A stretch of DNA of 64,000 bases from Kiritimatiellia bacterium (GTDB lineage: Bacteria; Verrucomicrobiota; Kiritimatiellia; RFP12; JAAYLN01), in contig JAGCUY010000070.1 of assembly GCA_017962605.1 (NCBI GenBank), positions 2,095-66,094 on the forward strand. Reading direction: 5' to 3'. Numbering within the stretch: the stretch's first letter is position 1; each line of letters begins with the position of its first letter. Position numbers and translations under genes: made by a program. A model generated the notes under the pieces. That model searched no databases and was not told the origin of the DNA. It was given only the letters and a program-made list of their open reading frames with translations. This document shows, piece by piece, positions 43,974-53,149 of this stretch.

Positions 43974-46036
43974 AAGTGACAAATTCGAAAGGCGGCTATG
44001 TGGGCGGCTGGGCGCTTGGCTGCCTTTTCCAGATTGGGCTGCTGATCATACTGGCCGCCGTTTTCTCAAAGGAAACGTTTGCGAGCATCTGCACCTATGC
44101 CGTGGCCTTGTCTATCCCGGCGGTGATCACGCGTTTCGTCTGCCATGAGTTCGACATCGAGGACGGGTGGTTCGAGCGGCTGCTAGGCCCTGGATATCTC
44201 ATCCTCGCAATTGCCTTGGCACTCATATTCCCCATAGGCGACAAGGTCAATCCGCAGGGTGGCGGCGATGCGCCCGTGGCGGCAACGGACGGCCCCGACA
44301 AGGACGCTGATGGCGGCGACGGCGGCGAAGCTGCGGACGGCGGCAACGTAAGCATCCAGCAAGTCGAGGAGGCGACGCTGGAAGAGGCGCTTGCGGAACT
44401 GGACGAGCTCGTGGGGCTGGAGCCTGTAAAGGCCGAGGTTCGCAAGATCGCCAATGGCGTGAAAATCGCGCAGGCCCGCAAGGCCGCCGGGATGCAGGTG
44501 CCGACAGTGTCATACCACATGGTCTTCACAGGCAATCCCGGCACTGGCAAGACTACAGTCGCCCGCATTCTCGCAAAGATATTCCGTGCGTTGGGCGTGC
44601 TGGAGAAAGGGCAGCTCGTCGAAACCGACCGCTCGGGACTGGTCGCCGGCTACCAGGGCCAGACGGCTATCAAGGCGAGCGAGACGATTGACAAGGCAAT
44701 CGGCGGAATTCTGTTCATTGACGAGGCATACTCCCTCGCAGGCAAGGACGGGAAGGGCGACTCCTACGGCGACGAGGCCATCGCCACACTGCTCAAGCGC
44801 ATGGAAGACGACCGCGACCGCCTGATTGTAGTCGTCGCCGGATACACCGACGAGATGCGCGACTTTATCAACGCCAACCCAGGACTGAAGTCGCGCTTCA
44901 ACCGCTACCTTGACTTCCCCGACTACTCCGGCGCGGAACTGGCCGAGATGTTCCGCCGCCGCGCCGCCAAGAACGAGTATTCGCTCACGCCAGAGGCCAA
45001 CGCGGCCCTAGAAAAACTCCTGGCCGACGCGGTGAAGAAGCGCGACCGCCAGTTTGGCAACGGGCGCTTCGTCCGCAACCTCTTCGAGAAGGCGCTTGAG
45101 CGCCAGGCGGAACGCCTTGCCGCCTTGGACAACCTAACGCCAGAGGCCCTGGCCACACTGGAAGCCGATGACATCAAGCTGGAGAAACCGGCCGACGTCG
45201 GCCGTCCATCTTTGGAGGAGGCGCTTGCGGAACTGGACGGGCTCGTGGGGCTTGAGCCCGTCAAGGAAGAGGTGCGCAAACTAGCGGCCTACTGCAAGAT
45301 GGCCAAGGAGAGAGAGGCGCAGGGGCTGGAGACGGCCTCTGTCTCATACCACTTCGTGTTTACCGGCAACCCTGGCACGGGCAAGACCACAGTCGCGCGC
45401 ATCCTCGCAAAGATTTTCCGCGCGCTAGGCGTGCTGGAGAAAGGGCAGCTCGTCGAGACCGACCGCTCTGGACTCGTCGCGGAATACGTGGGCCAGACGG
45501 CAGTCAAGACCAACCGCAAGATAGACGAGGCAATCGGCGGCATTCTATTCATTGACGAGGCATACGCCCTGGCGGGCGACGCCTACGGCAAGGAAGCCGT
45601 AGCCACCCTGCTCAAGCGCATGGAAGACAGCCGCGACAGTTTGGTAGTAATAGTCGCCGGATACTCCAAGGAGATGAAGGACTTCATGGAGACCAACTCG
45701 GGGCTGGAAAGCCGCTTCAATCGCCGCATTGACTTCCCCGACTACAATGCGCGGGAACTTGGCGCCATCTTCCGCCTCACGGTGAAGAAGAACAAGTACG
45801 TCCTCTCTGCCGATCTGGAACACTGGCTAGACCCGGCGATCGCGCTTTGGACAAAGAACCGGGACCGCTCCTTCGGCAACGGGCGCTACGTGCGCAACCT
45901 CTTTGAAAAGGCAGTCGAGCGCCAGGCCATGCGGCTGTCGGAAATCGACTCGCCGACGAAGGAGCAACTGGTGACCCTCACACTCTCGGACGTTGGCATC
46001 TCGCTGAAAGACCCCGACGCCTCGGATGAGGACTAA
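43970..46036 (+). CDS. membrane-anchored protein with two tandem CbbX/SpoVK-type AAA+ ATPase domains
   Basis: N-terminal 2 TM. Two near-identical modules, each with VSYH(M/F)VFTGNPGTGKTTVARILAKIFRALGVL Walker A, DEAY Walker B and an arginine-finger region. ATGA overlap with the PEGA gene. Confidence 0.7.
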   Translation: MKVTNSKGGYVGGWALGCLFQIGLLIILAAVFSKETFASICTYAVALSIPAVITRFVCHEFDIEDGWFERLLGPGYLILAIALALIFPIGDKVNPQGGGDAPVAATDGPDKDADGGDGGEAADGGNVSIQQVEEATLEEALAELDELVGLEPVKAEVRKIANGVKIAQARKAAGMQVPTVSYHMVFTGNPGTGKTTVARILAKIFRALGVLEKGQLVETDRSGLVAGYQGQTAIKASETIDKAIGGILFIDEAYSLAGKDGKGDSYGDEAIATLLKRMEDDRDRLIVVVAGYTDEMRDFINANPGLKSRFNRYLDFPDYSGAELAEMFRRRAAKNEYSLTPEANAALEKLLADAVKKRDRQFGNGRFVRNLFEKALERQAERLAALDNLTPEALATLEADDIKLEKPADVGRPSLEEALAELDGLVGLEPVKEEVRKLAAYCKMAKEREAQGLETASVSYHFVFTGNPGTGKTTVARILAKIFRALGVLEKGQLVETDRSGLVAEYVGQTAVKTNRKIDEAIGGILFIDEAYALAGDAYGKEAVATLLKRMEDSRDSLVVIVAGYSKEMKDFMETNSGLESRFNRRIDFPDYNARELGAIFRLTVKKNKYVLSADLEHWLDPAIALWTKNRDRSFGNGRYVRNLFEKAVERQAMRLSEIDSPTKEQLVTLTLSDVGISLKDPDASDED

Positions 46037-47391
46037 ATTTCAAGAGACTTGCCGCTGGCCAGGGCGCGGACGACGAGCGACGCGCCTGAGGCGCAGTCGC
46101 CAACGCAGTAGATGTTGCGCGCCGGATCCTGGATGAGCGCCGTTCGCGGTGTCTGCGAGAGACCCAGCTGCGAGACAATCGGGTTGTCCGCCGGAACGCC
46201 GGTGAAGCCCATTGCGAGGAATATGAGGTCCGCCTCGATGATCTCCTTGGTATCGGGAACCGCGTGGAACTTCATCGGCCTGCCCTCAGGCGAGAACTCC
46301 CACTCAACAGTCTCGACTTCAACTCCCGTCGTTTGATTGTCGGCGCCGATGAAGCGCAAGGAGTTGAGGTTCCAGCGCCGTTCGCAGCCCTCCTTGTGGC
46401 TGGAGCTGGTGCGGAGCATGTAGGGCCATAGCGGCCATGGCGTTGACGGGTCGCGTTCGTCCGGCGGGCGCGGCATGATTTCGATTTGCGTGACGCTGGC
46501 CGCGCCGTGGCGGATGGCGGTGCCAACGCAGTCGCTACCGGTGTCGCCGCCGCCGATGACGAGGACCTTCTTGCCCTTGGCATTGATGGGCGGGGCGTCA
46601 ATCTCGCCGGTGAGGAACCTGTTCTCCCCTTCGAGGAGTTCAAGGGCCAGGTGGATGCCGTTTAGCTCGCGGCCGGGGATCTTGAGGTCGCGTGCCGCCG
46701 GGGTGCCGATGGCGACGATCACGGCGTCGTTTGTCTTGGCAAGCCAATCCGCCGAAAGGTCCTTGCCGACCTCGATGCCGGTTACGAAGCGGATGCCCTC
46801 TTCCTCGAGGATTTTGCGGCGGCGGTCGATGAGGGCCTTGTCGAGCTTGAAGCAGGGGATTCCGTAGCGGAGGAGGCCGCCGATGTTCGCGCGGCGTTCA
46901 TAGACCGTCACCGCCCAGCCGCGCCGCCGCAGAGTGACGGCGGCTGAGAGGCCGGACGGGCCGCCGCCGATGACTGCGGCGCGCTTCCCGTTCTCCGTGG
47001 CGGGAGGATGCGGGACAACCCAGCCGTTGTCGAATGCGGTCTCGATGATGCGCTTCTCGCTCTGGCGGATCATTACGGCCTCCTCGTCGAGGCCATGGAC
47101 GCACGATGCCTCGCAGAGGGCGGGGCAGATGCGCGAGGTGAACTCCGGGAAGTCGGAGTGTTCGGAAAGGAGGTCGTAGGCGCGGTGCCAGTTGCCCTGC
47201 GCCACGGCGCGGTTCTGGTCGGGCACGAGGTTCCCGAGCGGGCAGCCGTAGGCATGGCAGAAAGGCTGGCCGCAGTTCATGCAGCGGGATGTCTGCTCAA
47301 CAAGCTCCTCATCGGTGAGGAAGCGCTCGACTTCGCGCCAGTCGCTCTTGCGCTCGTCAGTTGGACGGTAGATGTCGTGAATTCTTTCCAT
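46033..47391 (-). CDS. glutamate synthase small-subunit-like NAD(P)H-dependent FAD oxidoreductase
   Basis: N-terminal 4Fe-4S-type cysteine cluster (CMNCGQPFCHAYGCP), two Rossmann GxGxxG motifs (IGGGPSGLSAA, VIGGGDTGSDC). GltD/DPD family. Confidence 0.7.
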   Translation of the reverse strand: MERIHDIYRPTDERKSDWREVERFLTDEELVEQTSRCMNCGQPFCHAYGCPLGNLVPDQNRAVAQGNWHRAYDLLSEHSDFPEFTSRICPALCEASCVHGLDEEAVMIRQSEKRIIETAFDNGWVVPHPPATENGKRAAVIGGGPSGLSAAVTLRRRGWAVTVYERRANIGGLLRYGIPCFKLDKALIDRRRKILEEEGIRFVTGIEVGKDLSADWLAKTNDAVIVAIGTPAARDLKIPGRELNGIHLALELLEGENRFLTGEIDAPPINAKGKKVLVIGGGDTGSDCVGTAIRHGAASVTQIEIMPRPPDERDPSTPWPLWPYMLRTSSSHKEGCERRWNLNSLRFIGADNQTTGVEVETVEWEFSPEGRPMKFHAVPDTKEIIEADLIFLAMGFTGVPADNPIVSQLGLSQTPRTALIQDPARNIYCVGDCASGASLVVRALASGKSLEI

Positions 47392-47415
47392 AGTATGCAG
47401 GCTCCTATGCCATGT

Positions 47416-49155
47416 TCAATAGGATCGTTCGTTTTTGCGGTCGAGGTAGTTTTGCAGCGCCTTGCGCAGCACCTTGTAGCCGCCAGGAGTGGGATAGTTG
47501 CCGGAGAAGCACCAGTCGCCGACAGCATAAGAAGAGTTCTGGGTTTTGGGGGCAAGGGGTGGAGTGAGTGGTTTGAGGCAGCGGCGCAGATTGCCGACCG
47601 TCTGGAAGACAACGGCGACTTCGGCCTTCATCCCAGGCGGGGTGAGGAGGCGTGCGATCTCGGCGCTGTGCTGCTCCTCCGTGAAGCGGGCGTAGAGAGG
47701 GGCCAGAGGGTCTTGGTCAGGGGCAATGCCTGCAGGGGAGGCAATGGCGGAGCGAAGTTCTCCTTCCGCGCCCTCGCCAAGGAGATGAACAAGGGCGCGG
47801 AAGGCGACGAGTTCGCCGAGAGTGGACATGTCAATGCCGTAGCAGTCGGGATAGCGGATTGGCGGCGCGGAGGAGGCTACGACGATGCGCTTTGGCCCTA
47901 GGCGGTCGAGCATCGGCAGGATGGCGTCGCGCATCGTGTTGCCGCGCACGATGGAGTCGTCGAGGACGACGAGGGTGTCCTGGCCTGGCCGAACGAGGCC
48001 GTAGGTGACATCGTAGATGTGTTTGTAGAACTCGCTGCGGGCAGTGGCGTCGGCGATGAAGGTGCGGAACTTGGCGTCCTTGACGGCGACCTCGCCGAAG
48101 CGGGGAATGGTTAATGACGAAGCCTCGCTCGAAGGCGTGGAGGTGCGGAGACGTTCCTGAAGAAGCTCTTCCAGAAGCCCGTGGAAGGCGATGCGGGCGG
48201 AGTTGGGGATATAGGAGAAGAAAATGTCGGGAAGGTCCGCCTTGGCCGCTTTGAGGATGTCCGGCAGCAGCGCCGCGCCGAGGGCCTTGCGCTCGCGATG
48301 GATGTCGGCGTCGTTGGCTCGGGAGAAGTAGATGCGCTCGAAGGCGCAGGGGGTGTGGGGCTGTTTGACAGAACATAGTTCTGCCATCTGGACTTCACCA
48401 GAAGGGGAGACGAGGAGGGCCTGGCCGGGAGGCAGTTCGCGCACGGATTCGGGCGGGACGTTGAAGGCCGCCTGGATTGCGGGGCGCTCGCTCGCCACTA
48501 CGACAACGTCGTCGTCGATTAGACAGTAGCCGGGGCGGATGCCGTGCGGGTCGCGGGTGGCGAAGGCCCAGCCGTCGCCGGTCATGCCGCAGAGAGTCCA
48601 GGCACCGTCGGCGTCGGCCAGGGCCTTGGAAAGCGCATCGGCGAGATTGCTGCCGCGCGAAAGCTCGTGCGCGACAAGTTCGGCGATCAGGTAGCCATCG
48701 GCCTTGCTTGTGGGGAACTCCCCCTGGCGGCTGTAGCGCTCAAAGAGCTCCGGCGTGTTGGTGAGGTTGAAGTTGCCGGCTAGGATAAGAGTGTGCTCAA
48801 GCTCGCTTGCCTGGTGGACGAACGGGTGGCAGAAGGCGTCGTCGTTCTTGCCGAAAGTTGCGTAGCGCAGATGGCCGAGGAAAATGCGCTCGGCGTTCCT
48901 CTTCCGCCTGGAGATTGCGGCAAGGACGTCGGCAAGGGGTGTGGCGGAGGCCGATTTGCTGATCCAGTAAGGCGATTCGCCCGGTTCGGGGTGGGCGTCG
49001 AGGATTGCCGCGCCAGCGCCGTCCTGGCCTCGGTTGTGCTGCTTCTCAAGCAGAAGCGACAGCTTGGCGCCGCCGAAGTCGCCGGCCTCCGCCGGAAGCG
49101 GCTTCCGCAGCACAACCATTGCCACGGCGCATTCATGCTTGAGATCGTCGGACAT
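47416..49155 (-). CDS. class II glutamine amidotransferase + PRTase, amidophosphoribosyltransferase-like
   Basis: N-terminal nucleophile Cys (ECAVAMVV), GHLRYATFG (like GHNRYSTAG), PRTase motif VLDDSIVRGNT. Longer than canonical PurF (579 aa). Confidence 0.6.
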   Translation of the reverse strand: MSDDLKHECAVAMVVLRKPLPAEAGDFGGAKLSLLLEKQHNRGQDGAGAAILDAHPEPGESPYWISKSASATPLADVLAAISRRKRNAERIFLGHLRYATFGKNDDAFCHPFVHQASELEHTLILAGNFNLTNTPELFERYSRQGEFPTSKADGYLIAELVAHELSRGSNLADALSKALADADGAWTLCGMTGDGWAFATRDPHGIRPGYCLIDDDVVVVASERPAIQAAFNVPPESVRELPPGQALLVSPSGEVQMAELCSVKQPHTPCAFERIYFSRANDADIHRERKALGAALLPDILKAAKADLPDIFFSYIPNSARIAFHGLLEELLQERLRTSTPSSEASSLTIPRFGEVAVKDAKFRTFIADATARSEFYKHIYDVTYGLVRPGQDTLVVLDDSIVRGNTMRDAILPMLDRLGPKRIVVASSAPPIRYPDCYGIDMSTLGELVAFRALVHLLGEGAEGELRSAIASPAGIAPDQDPLAPLYARFTEEQHSAEIARLLTPPGMKAEVAVVFQTVGNLRRCLKPLTPPLAPKTQNSSYAVGDWCFSGNYPTPGGYKVLRKALQNYLDRKNERSY

Positions 49156-50816
49156 CAGCCTTTCCTCCTGGCGAGGGCGGCGGCCACGAGGCCGACGAAC
49201 AGCGGGTGCGGGGCTGTGGGCCGCGACTTGAATTCGGGGTGGAACTGGCAGGCGATGAAGTAAGGGTGCTTCGACTGCGGAAGTTCGATGACCTCGACAA
49301 GTCGCCCGTCTGGCGAAGTTCCGGAGACCTGAAGCCCGGCATCGACGAGTGCCTTCCGCGCCTCGCCCTCGTTGTCTAACTCGTAGCGATGGCGGTGGCG
49401 CTCGGAGATAGTCAGCGAAGAGTTGCGGGAGGCGTGTGAAGAGTTGTAAAGCTTTGCGGCGAGGGAGCCTTTCCTGAGATCGCAGGGGTATGCGCCGAGG
49501 CGCATGGTGCCGCCCTTCTGCGTGATGCCGCGCTGCTCCTCCATGAGGTCGATCACGGGATGGTTTGTTCCAGCGTTGAACTCAGTAGAGTTGGCGTCCT
49601 TCCAGCCAAGGACGTCGCGGGCGTATTCGATAACGGCGCACTGCATTCCTAGGCAGATGCCAAGGAGCGGCACCTTGTGTTCGCGTGCGTATTTGATAGC
49701 CGCGATCTTCCCCTCGACGCCACGGGAGCCAAAACCGCCGGGAATGAGAAAGCCGTCGAAATCCTTCAGGGAACTTGAGGCGCGAGACGCGCCTTTCTCC
49801 AGCTCTTCCGCTTCGATAGGTATGACCTCGACATGGCAGTCCTTGGCCATGCCTGCGTGCTGCAAGGCCTCGTGGATGGACTTGTAGGCGTCGCGGACGG
49901 CGACATATTTGCCGATGAGGGCGATGCGGCAGTGCTTCTTCGGCTGGGTCGCCTTGCGAACGAGGGTGTCCCAGACGGTATGGCGGATAGGCCAGATGTC
50001 AAGGTGGAGGAGGCGCAGCACCTGTTCGTCGAGGCCCTGCTCGCGCAATTCGCGCGGAACGGCGTAAACGCTGTCGGCCACATCCTTCTCCTCGATGACA
50101 CATTCGCGGCGGACATTGCAGAAGAGGGCGAGCTTGTCGAGGTGTTCGGGCGGGATGGTGCGCTCGGTGCGGCAGACGAGGATATCGGGGATGATGCCGA
50201 TGGCGCGCAGCTGGCCGACCGAGTGCTGGGAAGGCTTCGTCTTGAGCTCGCCGGCGGCCTTGAGGTATGGCACGAGGGTGAGGTGGACGAAGCAGACGTT
50301 GCCGTCGCCGGCCTCGAAGCGGAACTGCCTGGCCGCTTCGAGGAAGGGCAGGGACTCGATGTCGCCGGAGACGCCGCCGATTTCGCAGAGGACGATGTCC
50401 GGCGCTGGCTCGTCGCCGTGCGGTTCTCCGGCTGAGCGGATGGCCGCCTTGATTTCATCGGTGATGTGCGGGACGACCTGGACAGTGCCGCCCAAGTAGC
50501 CACCGGCGCGTTCGCGGGCCAGAACTGCCGAGTAGATGCGGCCGGAGGTGTAGTTGCTGGCCTTGGTGCAGGTAACGCCGGCGAAGCGCTCGTAGTGGCC
50601 GAGGTCGAGGTCGGTTTCCGCGCCGTCGTCGGTCACGAAGACCTCGCCGTGCTGGTATGGCGACATCGTGCCGGGATCGACGTTCAGGTAGGGGTCGAGC
50701 TTCTGCATGAAGACGCGGTAGCCGCGACTCTTGAGAAGCAGGGCGAGGGAGGCGCTCGTAACCCCCTTGCCCAGGGAGCTCACGACGCCGCCCGTGATGA
50801 AAATGTATTTGGACAT
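49155..50816 (-). CDS. pyrG: CTP synthase
   Basis: MSKYIFITGGVVSSLGKG N-terminus, and a C-terminal class-I GATase domain (GICLGMQ ... HPEF). Confidence 0.9.
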   Translation of the reverse strand: MSKYIFITGGVVSSLGKGVTSASLALLLKSRGYRVFMQKLDPYLNVDPGTMSPYQHGEVFVTDDGAETDLDLGHYERFAGVTCTKASNYTSGRIYSAVLARERAGGYLGGTVQVVPHITDEIKAAIRSAGEPHGDEPAPDIVLCEIGGVSGDIESLPFLEAARQFRFEAGDGNVCFVHLTLVPYLKAAGELKTKPSQHSVGQLRAIGIIPDILVCRTERTIPPEHLDKLALFCNVRRECVIEEKDVADSVYAVPRELREQGLDEQVLRLLHLDIWPIRHTVWDTLVRKATQPKKHCRIALIGKYVAVRDAYKSIHEALQHAGMAKDCHVEVIPIEAEELEKGASRASSSLKDFDGFLIPGGFGSRGVEGKIAAIKYAREHKVPLLGICLGMQCAVIEYARDVLGWKDANSTEFNAGTNHPVIDLMEEQRGITQKGGTMRLGAYPCDLRKGSLAAKLYNSSHASRNSSLTISERHRHRYELDNEGEARKALVDAGLQVSGTSPDGRLVEVIELPQSKHPYFIACQFHPEFKSRPTAPHPLFVGLVAAALARRKG

Positions 50817-50960
50817 GTGTAAATATGGAAGTGTGAAAATGTGAAAATGTGGAAATGTGGAAATGTGGAAGTGTGGAAATGTGGAAGTGTGGAAATGTAA
50901 AGTGCTTATATCATTGGCTGTTGGCTGTTGGTTGTTTTCACATTTTCACACTTCCACATT
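50817..50960. repeat. (AARTGTGG)n octamer tandem repeat forming a long inverted repeat (arms about 50826-50851 and 50933-50958)
   Basis: gtgtaaatatggaagtgtgaaaatgtgaaaatgtggaaatgtggaaatgtggaagtgtgg...ggttgttttcacattttcacacttccacattc. The right arm is the reverse complement of the left arm. Lies between amt (3' end) and pyrG (5' end). Confidence 0.8.
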
Positions 50961-52244
50961 CTATATGTTGCTGAAGAATTGGAAGGATGCGTAGGCGTCT
51001 TGGCCGTGCTCGACGATGTCGAGGCCCTTGAGTTCGGTCTTGGCGGAGACGCGCAGGATTCCGGCTTTCTTCAGGACTGCGAAGATGACTGTGCCGCAGC
51101 CGAAGGCCCAGACGGCAGTGCATAGGGCGCCGAGCGCCTGGACGCCGAGGAATTTGATTCCGCCGCCGTAGAAGAGACCGACGAGGTCGTTGCCGTATCC
51201 GGCCGAGACTGGCGCGGCGAAGAGGCCAACGGCCAGGGTGCCCCAGACGCCGTTCACGCAGTGCACCGAGACTGCGCCGACGGGGTCGTCGATGTGGAGC
51301 TTATCGAAGGCGAATACCGACAGGACGACGAGGACGCCGGCGACTGCCCCGATTGCCAGCGATGCGTTGGCGGTGACGATGTCGCACGGCGCGGTGATGG
51401 CGACGAGTCCGGCGAGCGAGCCGTTGAGGGCCATGGTGAGGTCAGGCTTGCCCATGATCGCCCATGCGGTGACGAGGGCGGCGCATGTTCCGGCGCAGGC
51501 GGCGAGGTTGGTGGTCATGGCGACGCGGCCGATGGAGCCGATGCCCGCCGTGTAGCTGCCGGGGTTGAAGCCGAACCAGCCAATCCAGAGCAGGAATACG
51601 CCGAGGGTGCCGAGGACGAGCGAGTGGCCTGGAATGGGGTTGGCCGAGCCGTCGTGGCGGTATTTGCCGATGCGCGGGCCGAGGGCCATCGCGCCGGCCA
51701 GGGCGATCCAGCCGCCGACGGAGTGGACGACCGTCGATCCGGCGAAGTCGTGGAAGCCTAGTTTCTCAAGCCATCCGGCTGAAGCCTCCCCCGCGAGCGA
51801 ACCCCACATCCAGTGGCCGCTGATGGGATAAACTATCGCCGAGACGAGTACGGAGTAGATGAGGTAGCTCTTGAACTCGATGCGCTCGGCGACGGCGCCC
51901 GACACGATGGTCGCGGCAGTCGCGGCGAACATCGTCTGGAAGAATAGGAAGGTCCAGTCCCACGAGCCTTCGCCCGAGGAGAGCTGCGGCATTCCGAGAC
52001 CGCCCCAGCCGAGGAATCCGCCGGCGAAGGTGGCGCCGAACATGAGCGCCGCGCCGAGGATGTAGAAGGCGAGGGAGCCGGCCGCGAAGTCCATGAGGTT
52101 CTTCATCATGATGTTGGCGGCGTTCTTCGCACGGGTGAACCCCGTCTCGACAAGGGCGAAGCCCGCCTGCATTGTGAAGACGAGTATGCCTGCGATTAGG
52201 GTCCATACGACATTTAGGTTGGTTTGAACAATTTCTGGGTTCAT
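50961..52244 (-). CDS. amt: ammonium transporter
   Basis: 11 TM Amt/MEP/Rh family. Conserved DFAGSTVVH and GxxxxG segments. Directly downstream of glnK. Confidence 0.85.
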   Translation of the reverse strand: MNPEIVQTNLNVVWTLIAGILVFTMQAGFALVETGFTRAKNAANIMMKNLMDFAAGSLAFYILGAALMFGATFAGGFLGWGGLGMPQLSSGEGSWDWTFLFFQTMFAATAATIVSGAVAERIEFKSYLIYSVLVSAIVYPISGHWMWGSLAGEASAGWLEKLGFHDFAGSTVVHSVGGWIALAGAMALGPRIGKYRHDGSANPIPGHSLVLGTLGVFLLWIGWFGFNPGSYTAGIGSIGRVAMTTNLAACAGTCAALVTAWAIMGKPDLTMALNGSLAGLVAITAPCDIVTANASLAIGAVAGVLVVLSVFAFDKLHIDDPVGAVSVHCVNGVWGTLAVGLFAAPVSAGYGNDLVGLFYGGGIKFLGVQALGALCTAVWAFGCGTVIFAVLKKAGILRVSAKTELKGLDIVEHGQDAYASFQFFSNI

Positions 52245-52249
52245 GGTAG

Positions 52250-52310
52250 AAGGGTTGAAAAGTTGAGAGGTTGAAAAGTTGGGAAGTTGAGAGGTTGAGA
52301 GGTTGAAACG
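52250..52310. repeat. tandem octamer repeats (GTTGARAR)n
   Basis: agggttgaaaagttgagaggttgaaaagttgggaagttgagaggttgagaggttgaaacgg. Confidence 0.8.
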
Positions 52311-52337
52311 GGGAAACGGACAAAGAATTGATCGGCG

Positions 52338-52679
52338 TTAGCCGATTGCCTCCGGGCCGCGTTCGCCGGTCCTGATTCTCACGCACTCCTCCATCGGGAG
52401 GACAAAAATCTTGCCGTCGCCGATGTCGCCGGTGCGTGCTCCTTCGATGATTGCCTCGATCGTCTTCTCGATGAAGTCATCGTTGACGCCGATGGCGAGG
52501 CGCATCTTCTTGTGGAGCGAGACCTCCTCGGTCGCGCCGCGATACATGTGGACATATCCGCCCTGCTGCCCGCAACCGAGGGCGTTGGTTACGGACATCT
52601 TGTAGATTTCGCGGGCGAACAGCGCCTGCTTGACGGCATTCAGCCTCTCGGGCTGGATGTATGCGATAATGAGCTTCAT
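52338..52679 (-). CDS. glnK: nitrogen regulatory protein P-II
   Basis: [20 protein letters not shown] ... T-loop YRGATEEV ... [20 protein letters not shown]. 113 aa. Start at 52679 (MKLII) rather than the track start at 52808. Upstream of amt. Confidence 0.85.
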   Translation of the reverse strand: MKLIIAYIQPERLNAVKQALFAREIYKMSVTNALGCGQQGGYVHMYRGATEEVSLHKKMRLAIGVNDDFIEKTIEAIIEGARTGDIGDGKIFVLPMEECVRIRTGERGPEAIG

Positions 52680-52728
52680 TGTTTTAACATTTAATAGAGC
52701 CGCGCCCATCGCGGCTGCACGCTTGTTA

Positions 52729-52748
52729 GAAGCACATCCCGTGCCAAC
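52729..52748 (-). promoter_or_regulatory. candidate sigma54 (-24/-12) promoter for glnK-amt
   Basis: Minus strand reads TGGCACG-GGAT-GTGCTT, against the consensus TGGCACG-N4-TTGCW. About 45-55 nt upstream of the glnK start. The palindrome GCCGCG-CCCAT-CGCGGC lies in the leader. Confidence 0.35.
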
Positions 52749-52891
52749 TGGCGGCGGGGAGGGGGAGACGGGGTTGTATTTACATTTTCTGTAATTGTTG
52801 CCATTCACGCCCCCGCGCCATTGTAAACTGGCAATTGGAGCGGAAAAGGTGTAAAATAGATAGCTTGTTTTACTGGAAACGAGGCTAAACT

Positions 52892-53137
52892 ATGGATGAT
52901 AAAGGCAATGGATCCCCGGCACTGCCGAGGCCGGTCTTCAACGAAGACCACTGCAAGGGGTGCGGTCGCTGCGTGGCGGCCTGCCCGCGCAAGGTTCTGC
53001 GCATCAAGGATACGCTCAATGTCCGCGGCGTGAACCCCGCCGAGTATGTTGGCGAGGGCTGCATTGGCTGCGCAATTTGCTTCTACAACTGCCCGGAACC
53101 TTATGCCATCCAGGTGCATAAGCCCGAGAAGAAATAG
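52892..53137 (+). CDS. 4Fe-4S dicluster ferredoxin subunit of 2-oxoacid:ferredoxin oxidoreductase (delta subunit)
   Basis: Two CxxCxxCxxxCP motifs ([24 protein letters not shown]). 81 aa. Precedes the alpha subunit. Confidence 0.6.
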   Translation: MDDKGNGSPALPRPVFNEDHCKGCGRCVAACPRKVLRIKDTLNVRGVNPAEYVGEGCIGCAICFYNCPEPYAIQVHKPEKK

Positions 53138-53149
53138 GAGGGCTACAAG

